Counted from the first letter of the stretch, positions 43,257-56,188 are shown. The stretch: 64,000 nt of DNA from Minisyncoccota bacterium (GCA_965216295.1 OZ244141.1:225819-289818), one strand, 5' to 3'. A program made the numbers and translations. The notes: generated by a model not told the origin, from the letters alone.

Positions 43257-43655
43257 ATGTCATATAGTACTAAAGGTTTTACACTTGCTGAATTGTTGAT
43301 TGTTATTACAGTGATGGGTATTCTTTCCAGCATTGTGGTAGTGTCATTAACCGATGTTAGTGATAATGCGAGAACTGATTTATTGGAAACAGATAGTAAA
43401 AGCCTTTTCCCCCTTGCCGTGCTACATTTTGGTGAACGAGGAAGTTATAGAGGATTTTGTGATGATGCGGGTGTTAAGAAGTATACCGATGTCAGTGTGG
43501 ATAGTGGCTGTAGCATCAGTTCTAATGGGTCGGAATGGGTAGTATGGCTGAAACAAGAAGAAACAGACCTATGGCAGTGTGTTGACTCAACATTAGCAAG
43601 AACAACTGATTCAAAAAGTATTTCTGTTAAACCCACCGACTCGTGTGATGAGTGA
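43257..43655 (+). CDS. Type IV pilin
   Basis: GFTLAEL, WQCVDS. Confidence 0.9.
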   Translation: MSYSTKGFTLAELLIVITVMGILSSIVVVSLTDVSDNARTDLLETDSKSLFPLAVLHFGERGSYRGFCDDAGVKKYTDVSVDSGCSISSNGSEWVVWLKQEETDLWQCVDSTLARTTDSKSISVKPTDSCDE

Positions 43656-43673
43656 TAGACATCACGGTATACT

Positions 43674-44588
43674 GTGGTTGTGAATAGAGGTCTAGGTATA
43701 GAGAAGAAGGGTTTTTCCATTGTTGAATTATTGGTCACCGTTGGTGTCATCGCTGCAATCACCACTTTAATATTATGGAACTATCAAAGTTTTACTGCAC
43801 GCAGTGTTTTGCGGACAAGGACGGCTGATATTACCGCATTAATACGTCTGGCGCAGGCATATTCAACAACAACCTATCTTTCGGAAGATAGAATATCTAC
43901 TCCTGGTACTGATTATCTTTTTGGATTTGACTCGGTAAATATCCGTGTTCGTGGAGGGAAATTATATTCATATCAAATAGAGTCCACAAACAAGATATTT
44001 GAATCCTATGTGAACACTTTTTACTCGCAAGATTTTTCAAGTAACGATGCTGGAGTACTAGGTAGGGATGAACTAAGTACCTATGAGTTAGATGAAGAAA
44101 ATCGGTATACCGTTCGATACTGCCTGTTAGGAGATTTTAAAGATGATGTACAAGAAGGTATTCATAACCCTCAACCATTAACTGGTGATGATGATGGAAA
44201 ATTAAACATGGTATGTGCCCGAGATGGGTCTCCATATGAAATGAGTTCTGATTTATTGGCCCTCAACACAGGAGATGCAAAAGAAGGAAAGGTGAATTTT
44301 GATATACACATATCATTTGAACGTCCAACGGCTGAGCCATTCTCAGCAGTTATATGGTTCAAGAATTGTACCAATAATGGTTGTCCACTTCCTGAGGATG
44401 ATGATGATATTATAATTATCCCTTCTGGAGATCCTCGTACTTTTAAAGTACGCTCCAATCATACGACAGTAGAAAACATATATGGTATTCGCGTCTTTCT
44501 CATAAATAGAGATGATGATGATAACACCTTTCGTTACTTTGATGTTCTAGAAACAGGGCTTGTGGTGTTACAAACACCCGATGGTTAA
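43674..44588 (+). CDS. Minor pilin (FimT/GspH-like), enlarged
   Basis: GFSIVELLV..IRLAQAY. Confidence 0.8.
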   Translation: MVVNRGLGIEKKGFSIVELLVTVGVIAAITTLILWNYQSFTARSVLRTRTADITALIRLAQAYSTTTYLSEDRISTPGTDYLFGFDSVNIRVRGGKLYSYQIESTNKIFESYVNTFYSQDFSSNDAGVLGRDELSTYELDEENRYTVRYCLLGDFKDDVQEGIHNPQPLTGDDDGKLNMVCARDGSPYEMSSDLLALNTGDAKEGKVNFDIHISFERPTAEPFSAVIWFKNCTNNGCPLPEDDDDIIIIPSGDPRTFKVRSNHTTVENIYGIRVFLINRDDDDNTFRYFDVLETGLVVLQTPDG

Positions 44589-44614
44589 CATTTCCGATTC
44601 TGAAGAATGATGCT

Positions 44615-46726
44615 GTGCGTTATACTACATTTGTGAGAGGACATAGAAAAAAACAATGCTATAGTAGAGGTTTTACCCTTGTTGAGTTGTTGGTTGCAAT
44701 TACCGTTTTTACTATTTTCATTACAATCCTCATCTCAGTTTTTACCAGTTTTATTCAATTTCAAAGTATTTCACAGAATGAACGACAGGCGATTGATACG
44801 CTTGCTGGAGCAGTTGACACTATTTCTCGAGAAGCACGACTTGGTCATGATTACCGATGTGGAAGAGAGGTGGCGTCAGCGAGTGGGAGAGGAAGAGAAC
44901 CAGAGTGTCGCTGTTTTGTCTTTAAAGATCAGTTAGGTCGTGAGGTTGAGTATCGTTGGCGTAGTGATAAGGAGCGTCTAGAAAAAAAGATTAACAGGTT
45001 GGAAGATGCGAGGGATGGATGTGGCTTAAGCGACAGTGGAGCTGTTGAGAGTACTGACGGATGGGTTCCAGCGACAGATAAATCTATCGCGTTAGGAAAA
45101 GTACTATTTTACATTGATGGTGGCTCGAGCAATATACAACCAAGGGCAAGAGTGTTTTTCAATGGCACCTACGTTGTTGAAGGAAAGGATAGGAGCATTA
45201 CTCTCTCCACACAGGTAACACAGCGGGTGTTAGACCTTGGTTCCACACAGGATAAACTAAAGAACCTCATTTTAGGAACTAATACTATTAGTTCAGCAGC
45301 GTCAATTGCGTATGTTTATGGAGATGATGGTGTCTGTTACGATGAGTTGGGATCTGGACAGGGTGATGGGACTTCAGAAACCAACTGCGATTTTGAGAAG
45401 GAAATAAAGGATGTTGTGTATGTGCATAATGGAGGAAATTCTTATGAGCTCTACATACTCACAACAGACGGTTTTGTATTTTTTGTTACCAATTCAGATT
45501 TAAATAATCTGTTTTCCACTCAAGTTAGCAATGACAGGATAGAAGTTACCACAAGGGTAGTTGGTATGAAGTCTGGAGGTTCCTGTCGGCGTAGACCAAG
45601 AGGAAAACCAGGAAGTTGCTTAAATGATCCACAGAGAATTAAAAGTATATACTCTGCTTTTAAGGGAGAAAATCATGTTGTCTACGCATTATCTGATGAT
45701 GGTAATTTATATGGTATTAAAAAAAACAAAGGAACACGCCTTCTCAAGGGTATCAGTAAAATTGAAAAAATAATAACAGGAGAAGAATTTTCTACCAAGG
45801 CGAAGAAGAGGATAGTGTTATACACACAAGATGGAAATAAGATTGCTATATTTAATGGCTCTATCGGAGAAAATGACGTTCTACCGAATAATGAGGTTCG
45901 TAATGCTGACGTGAGTGAGAATATTCCAGGAACATTTCTCGGTGTTGTTCGTGAAATTAAGAACGGTGGTATTAAAGAATTTGGGTTATTAGAGTATGAG
46001 GGGGAAAACAGTGATGAAAAAGAAATTAAAGATTTTCGTTACTCTCCCTCTAGACCAATTGTCTGTCAGCATAATAAGTTCAACAAACTCGATCGTACTG
46101 GTGCAACAAGCTTTACAATCAAAGATCTTGCGTATTGGCATGGTAATTCGGATGACTACCTCTACCTTCTGGGTAAAAATGGTTTTGTTTATAAAAGCAA
46201 TAACGTAACTTCTTGTTCTTCTGGTGGTAGTAAACTACAAGACTGGGAAAAAGTTACTGAAGGTATAAAGGATTTGTTCCCAACGAAGGTTGAAAGGGGA
46301 GATAATTTTATTTATGCTTTCAATGGAGACGGTAACCTGATAAAGATAGATACAGATACCGTTACTGTTTTCAATGAAGGTGACAACAGATTTCTGGATC
46401 AACCAGGAGAGATAGGTTTTACACAAGCAACCAGTTTTATCAATAATAGACAGTTTCTTGTTGGCACATATGAAGACGAAAGTGGACAATTACAGAAATC
46501 GCTCTTTGCTCATGAAAATAATGATACTGTTGAACCACCACCGTGTTCCATTGACCCCGATTCTCAAGCATCAGCAGGCTGTGTTAGTAGTTTTGATATT
46601 AATGATAAGGAAATAAATAAAGAGGTGAGGAGGTTTGAAGGAGAGTGCGTAGAAAGTGCTTGCACAGAAGAAAAAAAGATTAGTATTTATAAATTCAACA
46701 TAAAGATTGTCGAGGCAAAACCATAA
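44615..46726 (+). CDS. Large minor pilin (PilW-like) fused to a beta-repeat domain
   Basis: GFTLVELLVA..ISREAR, then repeated IKD...Y.L..DG.[VL] blades. Confidence 0.75.
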   Translation: MRYTTFVRGHRKKQCYSRGFTLVELLVAITVFTIFITILISVFTSFIQFQSISQNERQAIDTLAGAVDTISREARLGHDYRCGREVASASGRGREPECRCFVFKDQLGREVEYRWRSDKERLEKKINRLEDARDGCGLSDSGAVESTDGWVPATDKSIALGKVLFYIDGGSSNIQPRARVFFNGTYVVEGKDRSITLSTQVTQRVLDLGSTQDKLKNLILGTNTISSAASIAYVYGDDGVCYDELGSGQGDGTSETNCDFEKEIKDVVYVHNGGNSYELYILTTDGFVFFVTNSDLNNLFSTQVSNDRIEVTTRVVGMKSGGSCRRRPRGKPGSCLNDPQRIKSIYSAFKGENHVVYALSDDGNLYGIKKNKGTRLLKGISKIEKIITGEEFSTKAKKRIVLYTQDGNKIAIFNGSIGENDVLPNNEVRNADVSENIPGTFLGVVREIKNGGIKEFGLLEYEGENSDEKEIKDFRYSPSRPIVCQHNKFNKLDRTGATSFTIKDLAYWHGNSDDYLYLLGKNGFVYKSNNVTSCSSGGSKLQDWEKVTEGIKDLFPTKVERGDNFIYAFNGDGNLIKIDTDTVTVFNEGDNRFLDQPGEIGFTQATSFINNRQFLVGTYEDESGQLQKSLFAHENNDTVEPPPCSIDPDSQASAGCVSSFDINDKEINKEVRRFEGECVESACTEEKKISIYKFNIKIVEAKP

Positions 46727-46740
46727 CTTTTGGAAACCAT

Positions 46741-47535
46741 ATGATTATAGTTTTTTTAGAAATAAGTATTCTTTTCATTACTTTTTTTGTTGGTGCATCT
46801 GTTGGGAGTTTCATGAACGTTGTGTGTAGCCGTGGTTCTTGGAAAGCGGCACTTCATGGGAGATCTCACTGTGATGGGTGTGGTAGAGCACTACGATGGT
46901 ATCATCTTATACCAGTAGTTTCATATCTCATCTGTCGTGCACGGTGTCAAAAATGTCAGATTATTATTCCATTTTCATACTTTCTCGTTGAAATTCTTTT
47001 GGGAACTCTATTCGTTCTTGCGGCAATACAATTACCAGACATCACTCTCGCATTCACCATCCTTGTCGCAAGTGTGTTTCTTGTTCCTATGGTTGTTTCT
47101 GATGCTGTTTCGTTCGATGTACCAGAACACCTCTCACTCCCATTTGCTTGGTTAACATTTGGTGTTGCCTCTGCCTACACATTTATCACTCTCTCTGTCA
47201 TACCATTGTTGGTTGGTCTTGGACTTGCAGCACCGTTCTTTGCGCTCTGGTATTTTTCCAAGGGAAAAGCGATGGGTCTCGGTGACGCAAAAGTTGCCCT
47301 ATCACTCGGGTTTCTCATTGCATCACCAATACTAGCGGCAGTGATTTTTCTCTATACTTTTTGGTTTGGAGTTATAGCAGCTCTGTGTTTTATCCTATTC
47401 TCTTTTCTCCAGAAGGGAGGGTCGATAGCACAATTTCGCAAAAGAGAAATACCTCTGTTGCCGTTCATGGCACTTTCCTTTTTTGTCGTTCTTTTAGGTG
47501 GTGCAACGCCATTTCTGATACTCGTTGGTCTATAA
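46741..47535 (+). CDS. pilD: Prepilin peptidase
   Basis: GSFMNV, RSHCDGC, RCQKC, MGLGDAK, IPL.PF. Confidence 0.93.
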   Translation: MIIVFLEISILFITFFVGASVGSFMNVVCSRGSWKAALHGRSHCDGCGRALRWYHLIPVVSYLICRARCQKCQIIIPFSYFLVEILLGTLFVLAAIQLPDITLAFTILVASVFLVPMVVSDAVSFDVPEHLSLPFAWLTFGVASAYTFITLSVIPLLVGLGLAAPFFALWYFSKGKAMGLGDAKVALSLGFLIASPILAAVIFLYTFWFGVIAALCFILFSFLQKGGSIAQFRKREIPLLPFMALSFFVVLLGGATPFLILVGL

Positions 47536-47560
47536 GTCGATATGGTATAGTGAGCGTCAT

Positions 47561-47638
47561 GCAGTGGTAGCTCAGCTGGTTTAGAGCACCCGCCTGTCAC
47601 GCGGGAGGTCGCGGGTTCAAATCCCGTCCGCTGCGCCA
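47561..47638 (+). tRNA. tRNA-Asp(GUC)
   Basis: Cloverleaf, cccgcCTGTCACgcggg, CCA encoded. Confidence 0.97.
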
Positions 47639-47671
47639 AGTTGGTGATATCTTCCGTGTATACTAGTAGGT

Positions 47672-47968
47672 ATGGTAGATGTTGCACTTCCTTTTGCCGC
47701 AACCGCACTTGCATGGATTTTGCCTGGTATGGTTGGTGGGTTGCTACGAGCTCTCGTTGGTATTTCCAAGAATGTTCTTGCTTCAAAGAAACGTTTAGAA
47801 CCGTGGCGAGTTGTTTTTACATTACTGGTGGGTGGTATTATCGGTGGAGTTGCTGGTGCACTTGTCGGTGGTGATTGGCGCATTTCTCTCCTTGCCGGGT
47901 ATGCAGGATCAGATCTTCTTGAAGCACTCTATAAGACACGTATCCTAGGTCTCTTTCGGCTCTTCTAA
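47672..47968 (+). CDS. Small Gly-rich 3-TM protein
   Basis: 98 aa hydrophobic ORF with LAGYAGSDLLE. TATACT 7 nt upstream. Confidence 0.7.
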   Translation: MVDVALPFAATALAWILPGMVGGLLRALVGISKNVLASKKRLEPWRVVFTLLVGGIIGGVAGALVGGDWRISLLAGYAGSDLLEALYKTRILGLFRLF

Positions 47969-48004
47969 CACGTCACCCATTTTTGTACTACAATTATTTT
48001 GTAC

Positions 48005-48077
48005 GCCATCTTAGCTCAGTCGGTAGAGCACTCCCATGGTAAGGGAGAGGTCGCCGGTTCAATTCCGGCAGATGGCT
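48005..48077 (+). tRNA. tRNA-Thr(GGU)
   Basis: GCCATCT/AGATGGC stem, ctcccATGGTAAgggag, no full CCA. Confidence 0.96.
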
Positions 48078-48090
48078 CAAGTAAAAGACC

Positions 48091-49707
48091 ATGTCCATCA
48101 CAACAGAAGATCAGCAGGAAATCAAAACAGAGAGGTATCTCACCAAGTCTGATTTTATACAGTACTTACACTGTATGAAGTCACTGTGGTTAAAGAAAAA
48201 GCGCCCAGAAGTATATCGAAAAAATGCTACGATTACGAGTTCTCAAAAGAGTATTACAGATGGATTTACAACAGAGCGGTATGCACAAAAACTTTTCAAA
48301 GATGGTATTTTCATTCCGTCATACAGTAATGACCTTGCTTTGCAAAAAACAAAGGAGGCGATAGAAAAAGGGGATGCAGGGCAGGTTTTGTTTCAGCCAA
48401 CTTTTTGTACAAAACGAGATCTCCTCATACGTGCCGATATTCTTGAAAAAAATGATGATGGCACCTACAATCTCTATGAAGTGAAATCATCAACAAAGGT
48501 AAAAGTGTTTCCAGAAGAAAAACCACTTTTCCCAAAAGAGATTTCCTGTGGTATTGATCATCGGCATAGTCATCTTAAAGACGTCTGTTTCCAAGTCATT
48601 GTTCTAGAAGAGTGTGGTATCCCTATCCGTGAGGCATACGTTATACATCTTAATAGTTCCTATGTATTGCAAGGGGAACTTGACCTCAAGAAACTATTCA
48701 AAATTGTACCAATCACTCATGAAGTAGAGCTGATACGAGAGCAGACAGAAAAAGAGATTGCTAGTGTTCTAGTTCTTCTTCAAGAAAAACAAATTGATGA
48801 GAAGGATTGTTCGTGTTATTACAAAACAAAGACAAACCACTGTGATACGTTCTCATATTTCAATACAGCTGTTCCAGAACAATCGGTATATCTTCTCTCT
48901 GGTATCCGCGAACAGAAGTTACGAGGGTTACTCAAACAAAACATTGTTGCTCTCGCTGATTTGCCCTTAGATGACACAGTTACCGAACGACACTGTGTGC
49001 AGGTACAAGCGGTGAAAACCAATCAACGAGTGGTGCATGAGAAAAAGATTCTTGAGATGATACAACCGTTGACCTTTCCATTGTATTTTTTTGACTATGA
49101 AACAATTACCTCTCCCATACCACAGATTGAAGGTACTAAACCACATCAACAAGTACCAGTACAATTCTCTTTGCACGTGTTAGAGGAAGACCAAACTCTC
49201 AGCCACTATGAGTATCTTGCAACCCACTACAGGCAACCAGATGAACTCGTAGAAACATTTCACACGATGATCTGTGATCACGGGGATTACCAGAACGGTG
49301 TTCTCAAAGGCACTTTTATTTCCTGGCATGCCAGTTTTGAAAAATGTCGTAACGCAGAGATGGCGGAACAATTTCCCCAATACAAAGAATTTCTTCTTGC
49401 AGTCAATGAACAGACATTTGATTTAAAAAATTGCTTTATCAAGGATTTTGTTGACGCTCAATTTTATGGATCGGCGTCAATCAAAAAGGTATTGCCTGTT
49501 GTTTGTCCGAACGTGAGTTATAGCAACCTTTCAGTGCAGGACGGTATTGAAGCTCAGGAGACATGGTTACAGTTGGTGGACGAAGCACTATCCCAAGAAG
49601 AGAAGTTGGAGATACAAAAAGCACTCAAAGCGTACTGCAAGATGGATACACTGGCAATGGTTGAACTCTATACAGTTTTACGAAAGGTTTGCGACAAAGT
49701 GTTATAA
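48091..49707 (+). CDS. DUF2779 protein (PD-(D/E)xK nuclease plus DEDD/RNase H-like domain)
   Basis: LTKSDF..C..LWL, RADIL..EVKSS, FFDYET, PVQFSLH, SIKKVLP, YC..DT.AM. Confidence 0.85.
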   Translation: MSITTEDQQEIKTERYLTKSDFIQYLHCMKSLWLKKKRPEVYRKNATITSSQKSITDGFTTERYAQKLFKDGIFIPSYSNDLALQKTKEAIEKGDAGQVLFQPTFCTKRDLLIRADILEKNDDGTYNLYEVKSSTKVKVFPEEKPLFPKEISCGIDHRHSHLKDVCFQVIVLEECGIPIREAYVIHLNSSYVLQGELDLKKLFKIVPITHEVELIREQTEKEIASVLVLLQEKQIDEKDCSCYYKTKTNHCDTFSYFNTAVPEQSVYLLSGIREQKLRGLLKQNIVALADLPLDDTVTERHCVQVQAVKTNQRVVHEKKILEMIQPLTFPLYFFDYETITSPIPQIEGTKPHQQVPVQFSLHVLEEDQTLSHYEYLATHYRQPDELVETFHTMICDHGDYQNGVLKGTFISWHASFEKCRNAEMAEQFPQYKEFLLAVNEQTFDLKNCFIKDFVDAQFYGSASIKKVLPVVCPNVSYSNLSVQDGIEAQETWLQLVDEALSQEEKLEIQKALKAYCKMDTLAMVELYTVLRKVCDKVL

Positions 49708-49719
49708 TGCGTATATCAT

Positions 49720-50337
49720 ATGGTGGCACAACAGAAAGGATTTACTATTATTGAGGCTCTTGTATCGATTGGTATTGCAACAGCAGTTATTACTGCACCG
49801 ATGAGTATTATTGCAAGACATTTAATTGAAAACGCTATCACCAAAGACACTATCGTTGCACGCTTTCTTGCACAAGAATCAATTGAGTATGCACGGTATC
49901 TTCGTGATAACGAGTTTCTTGCACCAACACAGATGTCTGAGAAGTGGTATGGTTCGGAGTTAGAAAAATGTAATGGCGTGGGACCCTGTGTGGTATACGA
50001 TAAAGAAAGTGAAAACGGATTGGTAGAAGATGGGTTTATAAACTATTTAGATAATAAAAGTGTGATCCCATTACCCCCAAGTGTATCTGTTAACGATTTC
50101 TGTTCCGAAGCAAAAAAGAACTATGGTCCAAGTTTGTATCATTTGGGTGATAGTGCAAAAAAATATAACAGTGGAGAATATAAAAAATACACCTCGTTAC
50201 TGTGGGTTAGAGATGCTAATATTGAACCTCCACGAATACTCATCGGTGCATGTGTTCTTTGGCAAGATGACAGAGGAAATGTGGTGAGTGTTGAATTACA
50301 AGAAACACTTTATCGGTGGATAAAAAGAAAGTATTAG
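49720..50337 (+). CDS. Minor pilin (PilV-like)
   Basis: GFTIIEALV..A.FLAQE.IE..R..RD. Confidence 0.85.
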   Translation: MVAQQKGFTIIEALVSIGIATAVITAPMSIIARHLIENAITKDTIVARFLAQESIEYARYLRDNEFLAPTQMSEKWYGSELEKCNGVGPCVVYDKESENGLVEDGFINYLDNKSVIPLPPSVSVNDFCSEAKKNYGPSLYHLGDSAKKYNSGEYKKYTSLLWVRDANIEPPRILIGACVLWQDDRGNVVSVELQETLYRWIKRKY

Positions 50338-50340
50338 TAT

Positions 50341-53030
<2,690 letters not shown>

Positions 53031-53060
53031 GAGAAAGACCGTCTATGCTACTATGCACGT

Positions 53061-53339
53061 ATGGATGCTATCGTGCGTGCAATTGAGCTGTCACTCATAC
53101 AACGGGAAGGTGCTCATAGAGAAGAGGTGCGAAAGGACGTGTCAGAGATACTGGCATTTGTTGAAGAAGTCCGTTCTATCGCAATACCATCTCAATCTTA
53201 CGATGGCGCAACAACACAACAGAATGTTATGCGTGACGATGTGGTAACCGTTCCTGCCGCTACCTATCGGGAAGCAGTCCTTGCTCAAGCACCATTGCGA
53301 CACAAAGATTGGATTGCTGTTAAAAAATTTCTTCGATGA
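53061..53339 (+). CDS. gatC: Amidotransferase subunit C
   Basis: IL.FVE, NVMRDD, QAP....I.VK. Overlaps gatA. Confidence 0.85.
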   Translation: MDAIVRAIELSLIQREGAHREEVRKDVSEILAFVEEVRSIAIPSQSYDGATTQQNVMRDDVVTVPAATYREAVLAQAPLRHKDWIAVKKFLR

Positions 53340-54736
53340 AGTACGCCACCGCGACAGTACAAGAACTTGCCGATGCTTTGAAAAATAAAAAAGTCTCTGC
53401 GGTTGAGTTGGTGCAAGAAGCACGACGTATTGTTGCAGAGAAAGATACAGACATACACGCATTTATCGAAATATTTGATGACGCGATGGAAGATGCACAA
53501 CGTGCAGATAAGATGATTGCTGCTGGTAAAGCAACACCACTGACAGGTATCCCTATCGCTATTAAAGATAACTTCTGCATACAAGGTAAAGAAGTAACCT
53601 GTGCTTCACGTATCTTGGAAGGGTTTCGTTCACCGTATGACGCAACGGTGATACAAAAACTCCGTGATGCTGGTGCAGTCATATTTGGAAGAACAAACAT
53701 GGATGAGTTTGCCATGGGTTCAAGTACTGAGCATTCAATATACGGGACAACAAAAAATCCACACGATATCACACGTGTCGCAGGGGGTTCGTCAGGTGGC
53801 TCTGCTGCTGCCGTTGCAATGGGTGCAGTACCACTTGCAATCGGTTCTGACACAGGCGGATCAGTTCGGCAACCAGCAAGTTTTTGTGGAACGGTTGGTC
53901 TCAAACCAACGTATGGTGCTGTCTCTCGTCATGGTTTGATAGCGCTTGCTTCATCGCTTGATGTTGTTGGAGTTTTTTCCCGTAATGTAGCAGATGCACA
54001 AGTGTTGTTTGATACGATACGAGATGAGAAGAACAAGTATGATAGTACTATTAATATATACGCACCCAATGATACAACTCCTGGTGTTGAGAGTAACAAG
54101 ATAGGGGTACCAAGGGAGATGGATGAGATTGATATCACTCCGGAGGTTGCTAAAGCATACAAGAGGGCACTTGAGATACTCCAAGAGAAAGGAAAGGAGA
54201 TTGTGACGATTGATCTTCCGTTGTTGCACAAAGCGGCTTCTCTTTACTATATTATTCAACCCGCAGAAGCATCATCAAATCTTGCTCGTTTTGATGGTAT
54301 TCGGTACGGTAAACGTGGAGAAGGTGAAGATGTGTGGCAAGAGTATCTCGCTTCTCGTGGAGATGGTTTTGGTAGTGAGGTGGTGCGTCGCATTGTTGTC
54401 GGGACATATGTTCTTTCTGCTGGGTATTACGATGCGTACTACAAGACAGCAGTGCAAGCAAGGGAGGCAATGCGCAAAGAATTTCTCCAAGCACTCCATA
54501 TTGCCCCTATCATTGTCATGCCAACGACACCAGGTGTTGCTTTTATTGAAGGTGAGAAAAAAAGACCGACTGATATGTATGCTGAGGATCGATTGACGTT
54601 GCAGGCAAATCTCACAGGATTACCTGCAGTAACGGTACCAATGCAAACTGATGGATTGCCAATTGGACTACAGTTCATTGGTGGTTACCATCGTGAACAC
54701 GAACTCTTTGATTGCGCTCGTGTGTTTACCGCATAA
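53336..54736 (+). CDS. gatA: Amidotransferase subunit A
   Basis: IKDN, NMDEFAMGSS, GGSSGGS, GSDTGGSVRQPA, SSNLARFDG. Confidence 0.97.
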   Translation: MKYATATVQELADALKNKKVSAVELVQEARRIVAEKDTDIHAFIEIFDDAMEDAQRADKMIAAGKATPLTGIPIAIKDNFCIQGKEVTCASRILEGFRSPYDATVIQKLRDAGAVIFGRTNMDEFAMGSSTEHSIYGTTKNPHDITRVAGGSSGGSAAAVAMGAVPLAIGSDTGGSVRQPASFCGTVGLKPTYGAVSRHGLIALASSLDVVGVFSRNVADAQVLFDTIRDEKNKYDSTINIYAPNDTTPGVESNKIGVPREMDEIDITPEVAKAYKRALEILQEKGKEIVTIDLPLLHKAASLYYIIQPAEASSNLARFDGIRYGKRGEGEDVWQEYLASRGDGFGSEVVRRIVVGTYVLSAGYYDAYYKTAVQAREAMRKEFLQALHIAPIIVMPTTPGVAFIEGEKKRPTDMYAEDRLTLQANLTGLPAVTVPMQTDGLPIGLQFIGGYHREHELFDCARVFTA

Positions 54737-54775
54737 CGGTAACTGTACGGGTGATGGTCTTGTATACTGCACATA

Positions 54776-55987
54776 ATGGCTGACGAAAAAGAAGAACTCA
54801 TTGAACCGCAGATAGGTCCTATTGAGGAGAAGTTGATTGACTTTGCAAAAACTCCCGTTGAGATTGGTTATTTAGCACTTTTTGTTTTTGGTTTCTTGGG
54901 TGTCTCTGCAATGACGTTGGTTGGTCAATGTGGTAACGTTGAGGATGTTTCTAGCCGTCTTGAGCGTATTGGTGAAATTGTTCCAGGATCTATTGTACAG
55001 GTGGCACTACAGATTGAAGTTGAAAACGTTATCGTACAACCTGGTGCCTGTGCCATTGTTCGAGACATAGAAGATGATGGAACGGCAACTATTCATGTAT
55101 TGGCAAAAGCACCACCACCATTTCTCACTGCCGACACGTATGAAGCAGATCATATATTTGAATACCTTTCCGTGCGACCAATTCAATCACTTTTCTTTAC
55201 TCTCTCCAACGGTCCAATAGATGACGGTATTCAATTAACTAGTTTGCAACCAATAGCTACTCGTGGGTTTAGTAATCTTGCTCGATGGTTTTACTTAGAT
55301 ATCGCTTTCTGGGTTATCATGGTCGTTATCGTCTTAACTTTCATTGCGCATCGTCTCGGCGTTCGCAGACGATTAGCGCGACAGGATTGGTACAGGATTC
55401 ATCTTCGTCGCATGGACTATCGTGTGTTGCTTGCGAAAAACAGAACAGAACGCGATCGCCTCTTTGCCGTATGGACTACTATGAAGCAATCAACAGAAGA
55501 GGTTGAAAAATTATTACAATCAGAATCAGTTGAGCAGGTAGCGCTTGCTCAAAAGGGTAAGAGCTTTATTGAGTTTATCAAAAGAAAAATACAGGAGATA
55601 CAAACGGTTGATGAAATCACTGAATCACCATCTGGTGGGCAGAAGAACGTAACAACAAAGGAAACTATTGCTCCTGTTGGAGAAGACATTGCCTATCAAG
55701 AACAAATTGCCATCTGGCGAAAGGCAATTTTGGATACCGATGACATACTGGCAGGAACGATGCAACTTATTGGAGAGTTTGAAGGAACAACGGTTACTGA
55801 AATGTTACAGAACACAACAACTGACGATGTGCCGACATTGCTTGAAGTATGGGATGCACACAAAATCGCACGCGCTACAAGAACACAAGAGAGTGCGTAT
55901 ACACCGATGCAGTACAAAGCAGCAATTAATGCTTACGAAGATACATTGATAAACTTTGGTTTGCTGCCGTACAAACCACAACCATAA
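54776..55987 (+). CDS. Hypothetical 2-TM membrane protein
   Basis: 403 aa ORF. C-terminal WR.AILD.D..L helical domain. Confidence 0.7.
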   Translation: MADEKEELIEPQIGPIEEKLIDFAKTPVEIGYLALFVFGFLGVSAMTLVGQCGNVEDVSSRLERIGEIVPGSIVQVALQIEVENVIVQPGACAIVRDIEDDGTATIHVLAKAPPPFLTADTYEADHIFEYLSVRPIQSLFFTLSNGPIDDGIQLTSLQPIATRGFSNLARWFYLDIAFWVIMVVIVLTFIAHRLGVRRRLARQDWYRIHLRRMDYRVLLAKNRTERDRLFAVWTTMKQSTEEVEKLLQSESVEQVALAQKGKSFIEFIKRKIQEIQTVDEITESPSGGQKNVTTKETIAPVGEDIAYQEQIAIWRKAILDTDDILAGTMQLIGEFEGTTVTEMLQNTTTDDVPTLLEVWDAHKIARATRTQESAYTPMQYKAAINAYEDTLINFGLLPYKPQP

Positions 55988-56029
55988 TATTTTGTACAAG
56001 AGAACCCTCTGTTGTATACTAGGTAGTAC

Positions 56030-56106
56030 AGCGGGGTAGAGCAGTCAGGTAGCTCGCCAGGCTCATAACCTGGAGGTCGTTGGTTCAAATCCAACCCCCG
56101 CTACCA
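56030..56106 (+). tRNA. Initiator tRNA-Met(CAU)
   Basis: GCGGGG acceptor, A11:U24 D-stem (GAGC/GCTC), CTCATAA loop, CCA encoded. Confidence 0.92.
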
Positions 56107-56188
56107 ATATTGCCTTTATGAATATCGTGCCATTCTTGTATCCATTCTGTTACACTAGTATCGTGTCACGAACCACTTCGTGACTTCT

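Noticed and set aside
53320-53904. 194-aa minus-strand ORF and similar antisense ORFs over ligA, pilB and rnj
   Set aside because: Antisense to well-supported conserved genes.
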